In this document: positions 17,805-27,414 of the stretch, one piece after another
Position numbering within the stretch: the first letter of the stretch is position 1
Layout: every line of letters starts with the position of its first letter
Assembly (NCBI GenBank): GCA_036500765.1
Contig: DASYBM010000002.1
Location: 226,874 to 290,873 of the forward strand
Reading direction: 5' to 3'
Length of the DNA: 64,000 bases
DNA from: Candidatus Sulfotelmatobacter sp.
GTDB taxonomy: Bacteria; Acidobacteriota; Terriglobia; Terriglobales; Acidobacteriaceae
The notes under the pieces: model-generated
Databases searched by the model: none
What the model saw: the letters and a program-made list of their open reading frames with translations, nothing else
What the model was told of the DNA's origin: nothing
Program-made: the position numbers and the translations under genes

Positions 17805-19958
17805 TCACTGAGGCTCCTGCATCGCGCAGGCGCCCGTGCCGGATGTTCCACAAACCTGACTGCCCAGAGTAAAAAAGTATACCTGAGAAGCGCCCGTTAA
17901 AGTGCCGCTGTTCACAGCGTTGTCGATAATAATCCCGCCCGTGCCGGAGGCTGCGGGAATGGCCGCGTTGGGCCAAGGGCCGGCATTGGTCCAAATCGCC
18001 GTGCCATCTGTAGTCGTGCCGCCAACGTTTGTGTTCCATGTGGGAACAGCGCCGCCAGACCTCCCGCTCAAAGGCAATACCTCAACGTTGTTGTTGCTGT
18101 CAATAATACGGGAGACGTTGCCGTAGATATGGTTGGCGGTCCATCCCGTCAATGTGTTAACCGTTGTCGCTCCCTGGTTCACCCAAGTGACGCCGCCGTC
18201 CACCGTCTGGTTACTGGGATTGGTAGGCCACACGGGTTCGGATGTGCTCGTTGTACCGGCCGTAATAGCCGTATTGAGGTACAACGTGTTGTTCGCGGTT
18301 CGGAGAACTAATATCTGCTGACCCACGTTAAAGTGAGTGGAAGCGCGCCACGGCATGCTGATGAAATTCATCATGCAGCCCCTGTTGGCGCACGGCGTCG
18401 GCCGGGCGCTGTTGGCAACGCTAAAGAAAATCCGTTCGGTCGTGCCTACGCTGGTATTCGGGTTCGAAAAGTCTGTTACGGGAGAACAGGCGGGCTTTTG
18501 CGCGGCGGGAGTCAGTGGCGCTATCGCAGCGGCTGCGCCGAAAACGCCGCTGTTAATCGGCACCCGGTACAAATTAGGGTCTCCTCCCGTGTTGCCGCAA
18601 ACGTAGAGGTTTCCCGTGGCCCCCGCAGATCCATAATAGGTACTGTCAAAGCCGCCAATGTATAGCGGGTTCGGAGTATTGCCGCTCGCGACGCTGGTCC
18701 CGACGAGCACATTGGATCCCTTGGAACCGGACGCGAATGTCGTGGAAAGTTGGAAGACAGCGCTACAGGCGACGCCGCCGCAGCTCGTGCTGCCATCGCT
18801 CGAAGAGAACACATAGATCAAGCTGTTGGTGACATCGAGGATTGGACTCTCCACCAGACCGGTGCCGAAATCCAATTTTCCGGACGCGGTGGCCGTGGTG
18901 CCGGTCGCCGAAGGCACTCGATAAAAGAACCCGCCCGCATCGCCCACAAATACGTTCCTGGATATGTGGTCATAGACGGGATTGGAAAGTGCGCTGGGAT
19001 TGGTCGTATTAACCTGAACTGGGAAACCGCCCGCGCTGACTTCGCCCGGAGGGTTTAGGGCGGTGCCCTTGAATACTCCGGTAATTTTATGAAGCCAGCC
19101 GATAGCGCCACCAGTCCAGGCTATGTCATTCGTGTAATCGTAATATGCCGATGAAGTTCTGTCGTCGACAGCGACCCCGTGCCCGTCGTGCAGGAAAACC
19201 TCGGTCATGCAAGGGGCGACACAAGTCGGATAGAGCGCATTGGATACGGATGTCGGTACACCCGGCGCGCCAACGGTTTCGGTAGCTGATGCCTTCCATT
19301 TCAGAATCACCAGTCCGGCTAGGCCCGTAGGGCTGCCCGAAGTCTGTACGAACGCGACCTGTGTGCCATCCAGAGACAGCACTGGAGAGGTGAGAATGAG
19401 ACCGCCAGTGTTGTAGGCCCAATAGACCGAAGGCACAGTGCCTCCGCATCCGGAGTAGAGATTGTCGAATGCGACCACGCTGGCTTGCGTTCCAGATCCA
19501 ATTACCCCAGTAGTGTAGACGACATAATCCGGGGTGGCGGCGGCGCCGCAGTTCGCGATACTGGTGTTAAACGAAAATTTGGCGGGATAGTTAGTCGCAC
19601 CCGGCGCGGCCGCACCGCCGAGCGTCTGCGGCCAGACGTTGCTGGGAGTATTCCCCGGGTTCAAATCGGCCGCTTCCGGCTTCAGCACCTGAGACTGTCC
19701 GCGGCGATACAGCTGTTGCCAATAACGCGGATCGTCGTTGAGCAGGCGAGCTTGTTCCTCCGATGCGGGCGCAGTGAAGATAACGTGACTGTGACTCCAG
19801 TCGGTAGGCAGAGGGATTCCGCGGCCAGCGGGCTTAGCCGCCTGGCCGGTTAACACCCATCCCAAGACCGCCAATCCAGACAAGCTCACACCCAGCCGGA
19901 GAAATCGTGCGGAGGTACCGTTCATTTGTGCAGACTCCATGGGTCTCGCGAGATGCAA
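17805..19958 (-). CDS. Large secreted hypothetical protein (Gly/Ser/Thr/Asn-rich, possibly beta-propeller-like) with two C-terminal W...DG..W repeat modules
   Basis: N-terminal signal/anchor FLRLGVSLSGLAVLGWVLTGQAA. 717 aa. Two tandem C-terminal modules: TAGTTSTSEPVWPTNPSNQTVDGGVTWVNQG and SGRSGGAVPTWNTNVGGTTTDGTAIWTNAG. Its stop is 24 nt upstream of the small ORF start. Confidence 0.6.
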   Translation of the reverse strand: MHLARPMESAQMNGTSARFLRLGVSLSGLAVLGWVLTGQAAKPAGRGIPLPTDWSHSHVIFTAPASEEQARLLNDDPRYWQQLYRRGQSQVLKPEAADLNPGNTPSNVWPQTLGGAAAPGATNYPAKFSFNTSIANCGAAATPDYVVYTTGVIGSGTQASVVAFDNLYSGCGGTVPSVYWAYNTGGLILTSPVLSLDGTQVAFVQTSGSPTGLAGLVILKWKASATETVGAPGVPTSVSNALYPTCVAPCMTEVFLHDGHGVAVDDRTSSAYYDYTNDIAWTGGAIGWLHKITGVFKGTALNPPGEVSAGGFPVQVNTTNPSALSNPVYDHISRNVFVGDAGGFFYRVPSATGTTATASGKLDFGTGLVESPILDVTNSLIYVFSSSDGSTSCGGVACSAVFQLSTTFASGSKGSNVLVGTSVASGNTPNPLYIGGFDSTYYGSAGATGNLYVCGNTGGDPNLYRVPINSGVFGAAAAIAPLTPAAQKPACSPVTDFSNPNTSVGTTERIFFSVANSARPTPCANRGCMMNFISMPWRASTHFNVGQQILVLRTANNTLYLNTAITAGTTSTSEPVWPTNPSNQTVDGGVTWVNQGATTVNTLTGWTANHIYGNVSRIIDSNNNVEVLPLSGRSGGAVPTWNTNVGGTTTDGTAIWTNAGPWPNAAIPAASGTGGIIIDNAVNSGTLTGASQVYFFTLGSQVCGTSGTGACAMQEPQ

Positions 19959-20054
19959 AAGGCTTGCGGGCCGTGCTCAAAAATGCGCCGTCTTGCAAAT
20001 AGTTTCTAACGTTGTGCCTGTTCGTGCAGAGCCGCAGTTGGGCGATCGACCGAA

Positions 20055-23024
20055 ATGTGCAATCTCTCGATCGCGTTCCAATCTCGCAGACTCGAAACTC
20101 CAACGCAAAGTGGACTCACGTCTTCCATCGGGAGGCTGGATTGGCGAGGATTCTACCCTGTATGCAGGGCGCAACGCAAACCTGTTTTCCCGCCCCAGTG
20201 CGCGATATCATTCACAGACCTTACAATAGAAAACGTAGAACTTATTCCCCGAGAATGTCATCGAAGTAGTTCGCCTGATGCCGGGCCTAAAACCCTAGAA
20301 AACGGACTGGAGAAACAAATTTTGGACGGATACGAGAATGCGACGGAAAAGCTAGCAGAAGGTACGGAGCAAACCGTGGATTCGAGCAAGGTCACGAATG
20401 CGCTGACGCGGGGTGACATTGCGAATCTTACGGCGGACGGCAGCCAGCCCGCAGAAACGCTGATGAACGTGGTGGCCCTGATCGCCAAGAGGTTCCGAAC
20501 CGACGTGTGCTCGGCATATTTGCTGGAGCCGGATCGCGCCAACCTCGTGCTGGCGGCAACCGTGGGCCTGCGTCGGGAGTGCATCGGCGTTCTCCGGATG
20601 GCTGTGAATGAAGGGCTCACCGGCCTGGTCGCGGAACTCGTACGGCCGGTGGCGGTCGAGCAGGTAAAGAATCATCCCCGGTTCAAATACTTTCGAGATG
20701 CAGGCGAGGATGCCTACCAGTCGTTTCTTGGCGTTCCGTTGGTTGAACGGGGAGTTCTACAGGGAGTACTGGTGGTGCAAACCGTCGAAGCGCGCGTTTT
20801 CAGCGACGACGAAATTCGGATGCTCACGGAAGCGGCCACCCAGGTCGCACCCGTGGTCAGTGAAGCGCGCACACTCGACCGCTTCATTGCCCCGCTGCAA
20901 GAGAGGCTGTGGGCGCTGGCCCGCAATCTGTGGTGGAGCTGGGACCACAATTCCTCGAGCCTGTTCCTGGATCTGGATCCCGCACGCTGGAACGAACTCA
21001 ACCACAATCCGGTGGCACTGTTGGCGGAACTTCCGCTGGCCAAGCTCGAAGCGCGTGCGGCGGAAATCATGCTGCACAGTCGCGTGAATTACGCGTACCG
21101 GCGAATGCTCGAGTATCTGGAAGCGGATCTGACCTGGGGCGCGAAGAACGCCGGCGTCCTGCGTCCGCATCCTGTCGCTTATTTTTCCGCCGAGTTCGGC
21201 TTGCATGAATCGCTGCCGGTATATTCCGGCGGGCTCGGTGTTTTGGCAGGAGATCACATCAAAAGTGCGTCTGACCTGGATATTCCTCTGGTCGGGATCG
21301 GTTTGTTTTATGGCCAGGGATATTTTCGGCAACGGCTCGATCTCAACGGATGGCAGCGCGAAGAATATCTCAAGACCGATGTCAATCAGATGGCGATGGA
21401 GGTGGCGATCGGCAAGGATGGCCTGCCGGTCATGGTGGAGATCGAGACGCGTAGCGGGCGCATTCACGCAAAGGTTTGGCGGGTGAAGGTGGGACGGCGC
21501 GACCTGTTGCTGCTTGACTCCGACGTGGAAGGCAATGCTCCCGAGGACCGCGAATTGACCTCGCGGTTGTACGGGGGAGATCTGCGCATTCGCATCCGGC
21601 AGGAGTTGCTGCTGGGCGTGGGCGGATTGCGCGCTCTCAAGGCGCTGGGGATTTCTCCCGGCGTTCTTCACTTGAACGAAGGCCATAGTGCTTTTGCCGT
21701 GCTGGAAGCGGTTCGGCAGCGGATGGAAGATGAAGGTATCGGGTTTGACGCCGCGGTGCCGCGCGTCTCACGTGAGGTTGTGTTCACCACGCATACTCCG
21801 GTACCGGCGGGACATGACCGGTTCGATGCCGGCCTGGTCGAAGAGCACATCGGACCGCTTCGCGAGGCGCTTGGGCTTTCGCCGGAAACCCTGCTGGGGC
21901 TGGGCCGCGAGAATTCCAGCAACGGCGACGAATTATTTTGTATGACCGTGCTGGCGTTGCGGCTTTCGCGCCGTGCCAATGCCGTTTCGGCGCTCCATGC
22001 GGAAGTCTCGCGCGCGATGTGGACGAAGCTGTTTCGCAACAAACTGGAAGACGATGTTCCGATTGGACACATCACCAACGGCGTGCACGTTCCATCCTGG
22101 CTGGCTCCGGAGATGTTTCGACTCTACGATCGCCACCTGGGAAGGGACTGGAACCAGCGCAGCAGTGAAGCGAAAATCTGGCTAGGGATTGAGGATGTGG
22201 ACGATGGCGAACTGTGGGAGACGCACCTTAACCTGAAATCGCAGCTCATCGAATTTGTGCGGCGGCGAGCGGTGGAGCAGGCGCAGCGTCGCGGTGAACC
22301 CCAGGAAACCCTCCAGCGTCTGGAGCGTGTCTTGAGTCCGGATGCGCTCACCATCGGATTCGCGCGGCGTTTTGCCACATACAAGCGGGCTAATCTGATT
22401 CTGGCCAATATCGAGCGGCTGGCTTCCATGGTGAACGATCCCAATCGGCCGGTGCAGTTTGTGTTTTCGGGCAAGGCTCATCCCCTCGATGAGCCCGGCA
22501 AGCGGTTGTTGCAGCAAATCGCCGAATTGATGCGCGATCCTAAATTCCGGGACAAGTTTGTATTCGTTGAGGACTATGACATCAACGTAGGACGCCACTT
22601 TGTGCAGGGCGTCGATGTCTGGCTCAACAATCCGCGCCGTCCGCTGGAGGCCTCCGGCACGAGTGGACAGAAAGTGGTTCTGAACGGTGGCCTGAATCTT
22701 TCCATCCTGGATGGCTGGTGGGCTGAGGCATTCGATGGCATGAATGGATTTGCCATCGGAACGGGAAGAACGCATTCCAATATGGCAGTTCACGATGCCC
22801 GCGATGGAGAAGACCTGATGCGGACGCTTCGTGAAGAAGTGATTCCGCTTTATTACCAGCGCGATCGCGATGGACTTCCGCGGGGCTGGATCAAACGCAT
22901 GAAACGCACGATCCGTACTCTGGGCTGGAGATTCAATGCCGACCGCATGGTGATGGATTACACGCAGAAGTGCTACGTGCCGGCGGCCGGAGGAACATCG
23001 AGCGATATGAGATCAAACTCGTAG
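20055..23024 (+). CDS. glgP: Alpha-glucan phosphorylase (GT35, maltodextrin/glycogen phosphorylase, DUF3417-type) with N-terminal GAF domain
   Basis: GAF-like block: LMNVVALIAKRFRTDVCSAYLLEPDRANLVLAATVGL...EGLTGLV...FLGVPLVERGVLQGVLVVQT. Then WWSWDHNSSSLFLDLDPARWNELNHNP (DUF3417). Catalytic core: GGLGVLAGDHIKSASDL and the PLP-Lys region EASGTSGQKVVLNGGLNLSILDGWW. The start is uncertain; an in-frame TTG at 20322 with an upstream GGAG is an alternative. Confidence 0.85.
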   Translation: MCNLSIAFQSRRLETPTQSGLTSSIGRLDWRGFYPVCRAQRKPVFPPQCAISFTDLTIENVELIPRECHRSSSPDAGPKTLENGLEKQILDGYENATEKLAEGTEQTVDSSKVTNALTRGDIANLTADGSQPAETLMNVVALIAKRFRTDVCSAYLLEPDRANLVLAATVGLRRECIGVLRMAVNEGLTGLVAELVRPVAVEQVKNHPRFKYFRDAGEDAYQSFLGVPLVERGVLQGVLVVQTVEARVFSDDEIRMLTEAATQVAPVVSEARTLDRFIAPLQERLWALARNLWWSWDHNSSSLFLDLDPARWNELNHNPVALLAELPLAKLEARAAEIMLHSRVNYAYRRMLEYLEADLTWGAKNAGVLRPHPVAYFSAEFGLHESLPVYSGGLGVLAGDHIKSASDLDIPLVGIGLFYGQGYFRQRLDLNGWQREEYLKTDVNQMAMEVAIGKDGLPVMVEIETRSGRIHAKVWRVKVGRRDLLLLDSDVEGNAPEDRELTSRLYGGDLRIRIRQELLLGVGGLRALKALGISPGVLHLNEGHSAFAVLEAVRQRMEDEGIGFDAAVPRVSREVVFTTHTPVPAGHDRFDAGLVEEHIGPLREALGLSPETLLGLGRENSSNGDELFCMTVLALRLSRRANAVSALHAEVSRAMWTKLFRNKLEDDVPIGHITNGVHVPSWLAPEMFRLYDRHLGRDWNQRSSEAKIWLGIEDVDDGELWETHLNLKSQLIEFVRRRAVEQAQRRGEPQETLQRLERVLSPDALTIGFARRFATYKRANLILANIERLASMVNDPNRPVQFVFSGKAHPLDEPGKRLLQQIAELMRDPKFRDKFVFVEDYDINVGRHFVQGVDVWLNNPRRPLEASGTSGQKVVLNGGLNLSILDGWWAEAFDGMNGFAIGTGRTHSNMAVHDARDGEDLMRTLREEVIPLYYQRDRDGLPRGWIKRMKRTIRTLGWRFNADRMVMDYTQKCYVPAAGGTSSDMRSNS

Positions 23025-23037
23025 CTTTGAGCCTGGA

Positions 23038-24117
23038 ATGACAACTAGAAAAGTCGACCTGAAGACTTTGCCGAAAGTTCTGCTCCACGAGCACCTGGAC
23101 GGGGTTCTACGCCCGCGGACCGTGATCGAGTTGGCCGCCAGCGGAAATTATTCGGAGTTACCCACCAAAGATCCTGAGGCGCTGGCCACCTGGTTCTATC
23201 AGGGCGCGAACCAGGGAAGCCTGGCCAAGTATCTCGAAGGTTTCAAGCATACGATTGCCGTTACACAGACGGAGGAAGCGCTCGAGCGAGTCGCGTACGA
23301 GCAAGCCGAAGATCTGAGTAAAGACAGCGTGATTTATTACGAAACCCGCTTCGCGCCTATTTTTCACACGACCAAAGGATTGACGCACCAGCAGGTGGTC
23401 TCCGCCGTACTCAAAGGCATGGCCCGCGGGACGCAGGACTTTGGCATCCGGTCGGGGCTCATCATTTGCGCGATGCGCAATATGAACGTGTCTCTCGAAA
23501 TGGCGGAATTGGCAGTCGACTTTCGCCAACGTGGTGTAGTTGGATTCGATCTCGCGGGCGAGGAGGGGGGCTATCCCCCAAAAAAGCATGTGGACGCATT
23601 TCATTACATTCAGCGCGAGAACTTCAACATCACGGTCCATGCCGGCGAGGGCTACGGAAAAGAATCGATTTGGCAGGCGATTCAATACTGCGGCGCCCAC
23701 CGCATCGGTCACGGCACGCGTCTGATTGATGACATCGCCGTTGCCGATGGCAAGGCGGTCAAGTTGGGCGACTTGGCGCAATACGTTCTCGACAAAAGAA
23801 TTCCGTTGGAAATCTGCCTTCTCAGCAATGTCCATACCGGGGCTACGCCCGCCCTCAATCAACATCCGTTCAAGATTTTCTATGAGCAGGGATTTCGAGT
23901 GACGCTCAACACCGATAATCGACTCATGAGCAACACTTCGATGACAAGGGAATTTGAAGCTGCATCGGAAACTTTCGGCCTCACCCTGAAGGATTTCGAG
24001 AAGATCACGATCAATGCGATGAAGAGTGCATTCCTACCCTACGATCGGCGTTGCGACTTCATCTACAAAACGATTAAGCCAGGCTATGCGCGAATTCGCG
24101 AACAGATTGCAGGATGA
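23038..24117 (+). CDS. add: Adenosine deaminase
   Basis: LPKVLLHEHLDG zinc-binding motif, GFDLAGEE, HAGE and TLNTDN motifs. Confidence 0.9.
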   Translation: MTTRKVDLKTLPKVLLHEHLDGVLRPRTVIELAASGNYSELPTKDPEALATWFYQGANQGSLAKYLEGFKHTIAVTQTEEALERVAYEQAEDLSKDSVIYYETRFAPIFHTTKGLTHQQVVSAVLKGMARGTQDFGIRSGLIICAMRNMNVSLEMAELAVDFRQRGVVGFDLAGEEGGYPPKKHVDAFHYIQRENFNITVHAGEGYGKESIWQAIQYCGAHRIGHGTRLIDDIAVADGKAVKLGDLAQYVLDKRIPLEICLLSNVHTGATPALNQHPFKIFYEQGFRVTLNTDNRLMSNTSMTREFEAASETFGLTLKDFEKITINAMKSAFLPYDRRCDFIYKTIKPGYARIREQIAG

Positions 24118-24133
24118 CGAACTGGCCCATCGC

Positions 24134-24601
24134 ATGGACAATCCTTTCATGGCGCGCGCCATTCAACTCTCCATCGACAATGTAGTTTCCGTCAGAGGTG
24201 GCCCCTTCGGGGCCGTGATCGTCAAAAACGGCAGCGTCGTGGCCGAGGGCGCGAATCGCGTCACTACCACCAATGATCCAACGGCGCACGCCGAAATCGT
24301 CGCCATCCGGGAAGCCTGTGCCAAGGTTGGCGGCTTCGAGCTTCGGGATTGCGAAATTTACACCTCGTGCGAGCCATGCCCTATGTGCCTGGGTGCGATC
24401 TACTGGGCGCGGATCGCGCGGGTTTATTTCGGCAATTTAGCCGCCGACGCTTCCAGGATCGGATTCGACGATTCCTTCATCTATGCCGAGCTGGCCCAGC
24501 CTTTGCCGCAGCGCTCGATTCCCATGATCCAAATGATGCGCGAACAGGCCTTGGCCGCGTTTCGCGCATGGCAGGAAAGGCTAGACAAGATCCCTTATTG
24601 A
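24134..24601 (+). CDS. CDA-fold nucleoside/nucleobase deaminase (guanine deaminase GuaD-like or TadA-like)
   Basis: HAE (TAHAEIVAIREA) and PCPMC zinc motifs. With the ATG at 24134 the protein is 155 aa. The track start at 24026 overlaps add. Confidence 0.8.
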   Translation: MDNPFMARAIQLSIDNVVSVRGGPFGAVIVKNGSVVAEGANRVTTTNDPTAHAEIVAIREACAKVGGFELRDCEIYTSCEPCPMCLGAIYWARIARVYFGNLAADASRIGFDDSFIYAELAQPLPQRSIPMIQMMREQALAAFRAWQERLDKIPY

Positions 24602-24636
24602 AAGCTCAAAGTAACTGTGGCGGCGCAGCTGCGACC

Positions 24637-25620
24637 TCACTGAAAGCGGTATCCCGGCTTAAGCGCGCAGCGATAAACGCGGCCGTGGTCAGGATTGACA
24701 ATCCCGGTGCAGTTGGCCCAACTCAGCAAAAGTGCGGGGCCGAGCGGGAAAATGGTGGTCTGGCCATTCAGGTCAGCTTCAATGCTCACGCTTTCTGCGG
24801 CGGATGGCAGAGTGAAGCTCATGTCCTGCCCAAAGATGACAGGATAGGACCAATGTTCGCTTTGGCTTTCCATGGGATGAAAAACTTCGGCCTCCAAAAG
24901 GAAAGTTGCGGTGTCGGACCAGTCGCGAGCTGAAACCGTCACGATCTGGCCCCCCTGCGAGGTATGGTCGCCTTCAATTTTTGTGAAAGGACAGGGTCCG
25001 GCAATGCAGGACGCTCGGGCATCTCGGAATTCATTTCCCGCTCCTGCGTCTAAGGACGCCGACCCGACTACCGCCTTCCATTTTCCATCAGGTGAGCAAG
25101 GATGCTGACCATTACAGGGCACGTTGCCTTTGTTCTCGATCTGGAAGGTTCGAACCTCACTCCCAACGTTGAGCGTCGTGAGGCCTTTGACCGTATATCT
25201 CGCGCGGATATTGGCCACTTTGACCTCCGGTTGACTAGCCGCAGCGGGCGTGCTGGATAGCGGAACGAGATGGATGATGTAAAGCTTGTCGCCGACGTAA
25301 TCGTCGAGGTCAAGCGGACGATAGCGCGCGTGACGGAAGTGGAGCGTGATAGCGTGTCCTCGCCGGATCGGTGTGCGCAGGGTGAGGGTGAAGAAACCCG
25401 AGGAGTCCGAGGCGCAGTCGGATGTAGCCAGATTGCCGCCAGAAACAATAACTCCCGCGATGGGAGACTCTTTTCTCGGATCGGTATCCTGTACTATCAC
25501 GGCCCCTTTCAGGGAAATCGGCTTGCGTCTTCCCCACTGGAGCAACGCCAGAGCGCCCGCAATAATTACGAAGGACACCAGCAAGGCGATCCAAAGCTCT
25601 ATTTTGTGTGCGCGAGTCAT
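24637..25620 (-). CDS. Membrane-anchored hypothetical protein with carboxypeptidase-regulatory-like N-terminal beta domain
   Basis: The internal ATG at 25620 gives MTRAHKIELWIALLVSFVIIAGALALLQW (a single TM anchor). This is followed by GAVIVQD...PIAGVIVS...SDSSGFFTLTL. No catalytic motif was recognised. Confidence 0.55.
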   Translation of the reverse strand: MTRAHKIELWIALLVSFVIIAGALALLQWGRRKPISLKGAVIVQDTDPRKESPIAGVIVSGGNLATSDCASDSSGFFTLTLRTPIRRGHAITLHFRHARYRPLDLDDYVGDKLYIIHLVPLSSTPAAASQPEVKVANIRARYTVKGLTTLNVGSEVRTFQIENKGNVPCNGQHPCSPDGKWKAVVGSASLDAGAGNEFRDARASCIAGPCPFTKIEGDHTSQGGQIVTVSARDWSDTATFLLEAEVFHPMESQSEHWSYPVIFGQDMSFTLPSAAESVSIEADLNGQTTIFPLGPALLLSWANCTGIVNPDHGRVYRCALKPGYRFQ

Positions 25621-25807
25621 ATTCGAAAATCCTTTGCAAAATCTATTATGATGATGAGTGTAGGGCGAACGGTTTCTCCATGACAACGATGCGGGCCCTT
25701 TCTGCATCTTTTAACGATTGGCGGGAGTCCAGCCAGAGTTTCTCATTCCTTTTTGCTTGCGTTTCCATTTGACGGGAGGGTCTCAAGATTAACGTTGGCG
25801 GAAATAC

Positions 25808-27127
25808 ATGATCGAAGCAAGGCCTAATCTGCTTTCACGCCGGCAGGTTTTGCGTCTGTTCCTGGGCGCCGGCTCTTGTGCGCCGTTTGCGACGGTTCTC
25901 TCCAGCGTGCGCCTGGAGGCGCAGTCCAAAACAGGGACGCCGGCTTTATCGCCAGAGGATGACAAGTTCCTAAATGATGTAGAGCAGGCTAGTTTTCTCT
26001 TCTTCTGGGAACAAGGCAACCCTAAGACGGGGATGGTCAAGGATCGCTGTGACGTTCACAAACCCGCTCGAAAGGATGCCGCCAGTATCGCGGCCACCGG
26101 CTTTGGCCTGACGGCTCTCTGCATCGGAGATCAGCGTGGTTTTATCTCCCGTACAGACGCGCTGGAACGAGTGTTCGCGACCCTGCGTTTTTTGTGGAGG
26201 AAGCTGCCCAACCACCGCGGATTTTTTTATCACTTCGCCAACCCCGAAACCGGCGAGCGCATGTTCGACTCCGAAGTATCTTCCGTGGATACGACAATTC
26301 TGCTGTGTGGAATTGTGACCTGCCGCGAACACTTCCATCATCCCGCGGTTGCTGAACTGGCGAATCTCATCCTAAACCGCGTGGATTGGAGCTGGCTCTC
26401 GGAAGACACAGCCCTACTCACGCACGGATGGACGCCGGAGGTCGGATTCCTCCCATCGCGATGGGATCATTACAGCGAACTGATGATGGTGTATCTACTG
26501 GGCATGGGGGCTTCGGTGCATCCTCTGCAACAGGAAACCTGGAACGCATGGAAGCGTTTGACATTTGACTACGAGGGCATGAGGTATATCGGTTCCTTCG
26601 CGCCGCTGTTTGTGCATCAATACTCGCAGGCGTGGTTCGATTTTCGCGGCCGTCGCGACAAATATGCGGATTACTTCCAGAATTCCGTGACTGCAACGGA
26701 AGTGCATCGGCGTTTTTGTATAGAGCTGGGCAAGCAGTTCCCGGATTACAGCGACGACCTTTGGGGGATTACCGCTTCCGATTCGCAGAACGGTTACGTT
26801 GTTTGGGGTGGGCCTCCCGCAATGGGTCCAATCGACGGTAGCGTGGTGCCGAGCGCGGCCGCGGGATCGCTACCGTTCCTACCCGCGGCCACGCTGCGCG
26901 TTTTGAAAACGATCCAAAGCCGATATCCCTCCGCCTGGGGCAAATACGGCTTTGTCAATGCCTTCAATCCCCTTAAAAATTGGTATGACACCGACGTGAT
27001 CGGGATCGATACAGGGATCACGATGTTGATGGCGGAAAATCTGCGAACCGGATTCGTGTGGGACACCTTTATGAAGTCGCCGGAGGCGCAGCGTGGAATT
27101 GAACGCGCCGGCCTACAAAAATACTAG
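25808..27127 (+). CDS. 'Glucoamylase family' / GH144-like protein, probable endo-beta-1,2-glucanase, Tat-exported
   Basis: Tat-like LSRRQVLRLFLGAGS. Motifs FLFFWEQGNPKTGMVKDR and SIAATGFGLTALCIG are those I associate with the PF10091 / GH144 (alpha/alpha)6 family. Confidence 0.55.
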   Translation: MIEARPNLLSRRQVLRLFLGAGSCAPFATVLSSVRLEAQSKTGTPALSPEDDKFLNDVEQASFLFFWEQGNPKTGMVKDRCDVHKPARKDAASIAATGFGLTALCIGDQRGFISRTDALERVFATLRFLWRKLPNHRGFFYHFANPETGERMFDSEVSSVDTTILLCGIVTCREHFHHPAVAELANLILNRVDWSWLSEDTALLTHGWTPEVGFLPSRWDHYSELMMVYLLGMGASVHPLQQETWNAWKRLTFDYEGMRYIGSFAPLFVHQYSQAWFDFRGRRDKYADYFQNSVTATEVHRRFCIELGKQFPDYSDDLWGITASDSQNGYVVWGGPPAMGPIDGSVVPSAAAGSLPFLPAATLRVLKTIQSRYPSAWGKYGFVNAFNPLKNWYDTDVIGIDTGITMLMAENLRTGFVWDTFMKSPEAQRGIERAGLQKY

Positions 27128-27414
27128 CCGAGAGGAACGCTTAGTTCCGTCAGATGTGAACCAAAACGCCGCCACGCCGAAAGGCGCAGACGGGGAATTA
27201 TTTCAAGATGATGGTTCAAAACGGTTTCGAACTACCATCCGTAGGGTATCGAACGGATGAAACTGGCAAGCGAACAGAACTGAAATTACTGGAAAGACAG
27301 CATAACCACCACGAACGCCGACTCTACTCTGAAGGAATCTTCGCACTGCGGATGTGTATTCGGCAGCATCAAAGGAACTACCGGCTAGAGTCCGGCTCCG
27401 GGAGGTGAATTCCT

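Noticed and set aside
17752-18039. 95-aa minus-strand ORF at the end of the 717-aa gene, considered as a possible precursor peptide
   Set aside because: It lies almost entirely inside the 717-aa CDS in another frame. It is Arg/His/Gly-rich, like a high-GC shadow frame. It lacks an SD and ends inside the better 56-aa candidate.
20757-21686. 309-aa minus-strand ORF within glgP. The same applies to 29241-30233 in the ABC gene, 31418-32230 in the synthase, 35196-35990 in GH39, 36757-37509 in VWA, 53654-54565 in the phosphoesterase, 56003-56794 in the repeat protein and 58417-59019 in sucA.
   Set aside because: All are long antisense frames typical of high-GC coding DNA. Each overlaps a gene with clear family motifs.
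27208-27408. 66-aa ORF between the GH144-like gene and the Crp regulator
   Set aside because: No SD is present and the composition is not protein-like (His/Arg/Gln-rich). Its 5' end is a DNA palindrome that more likely explains the sequence.
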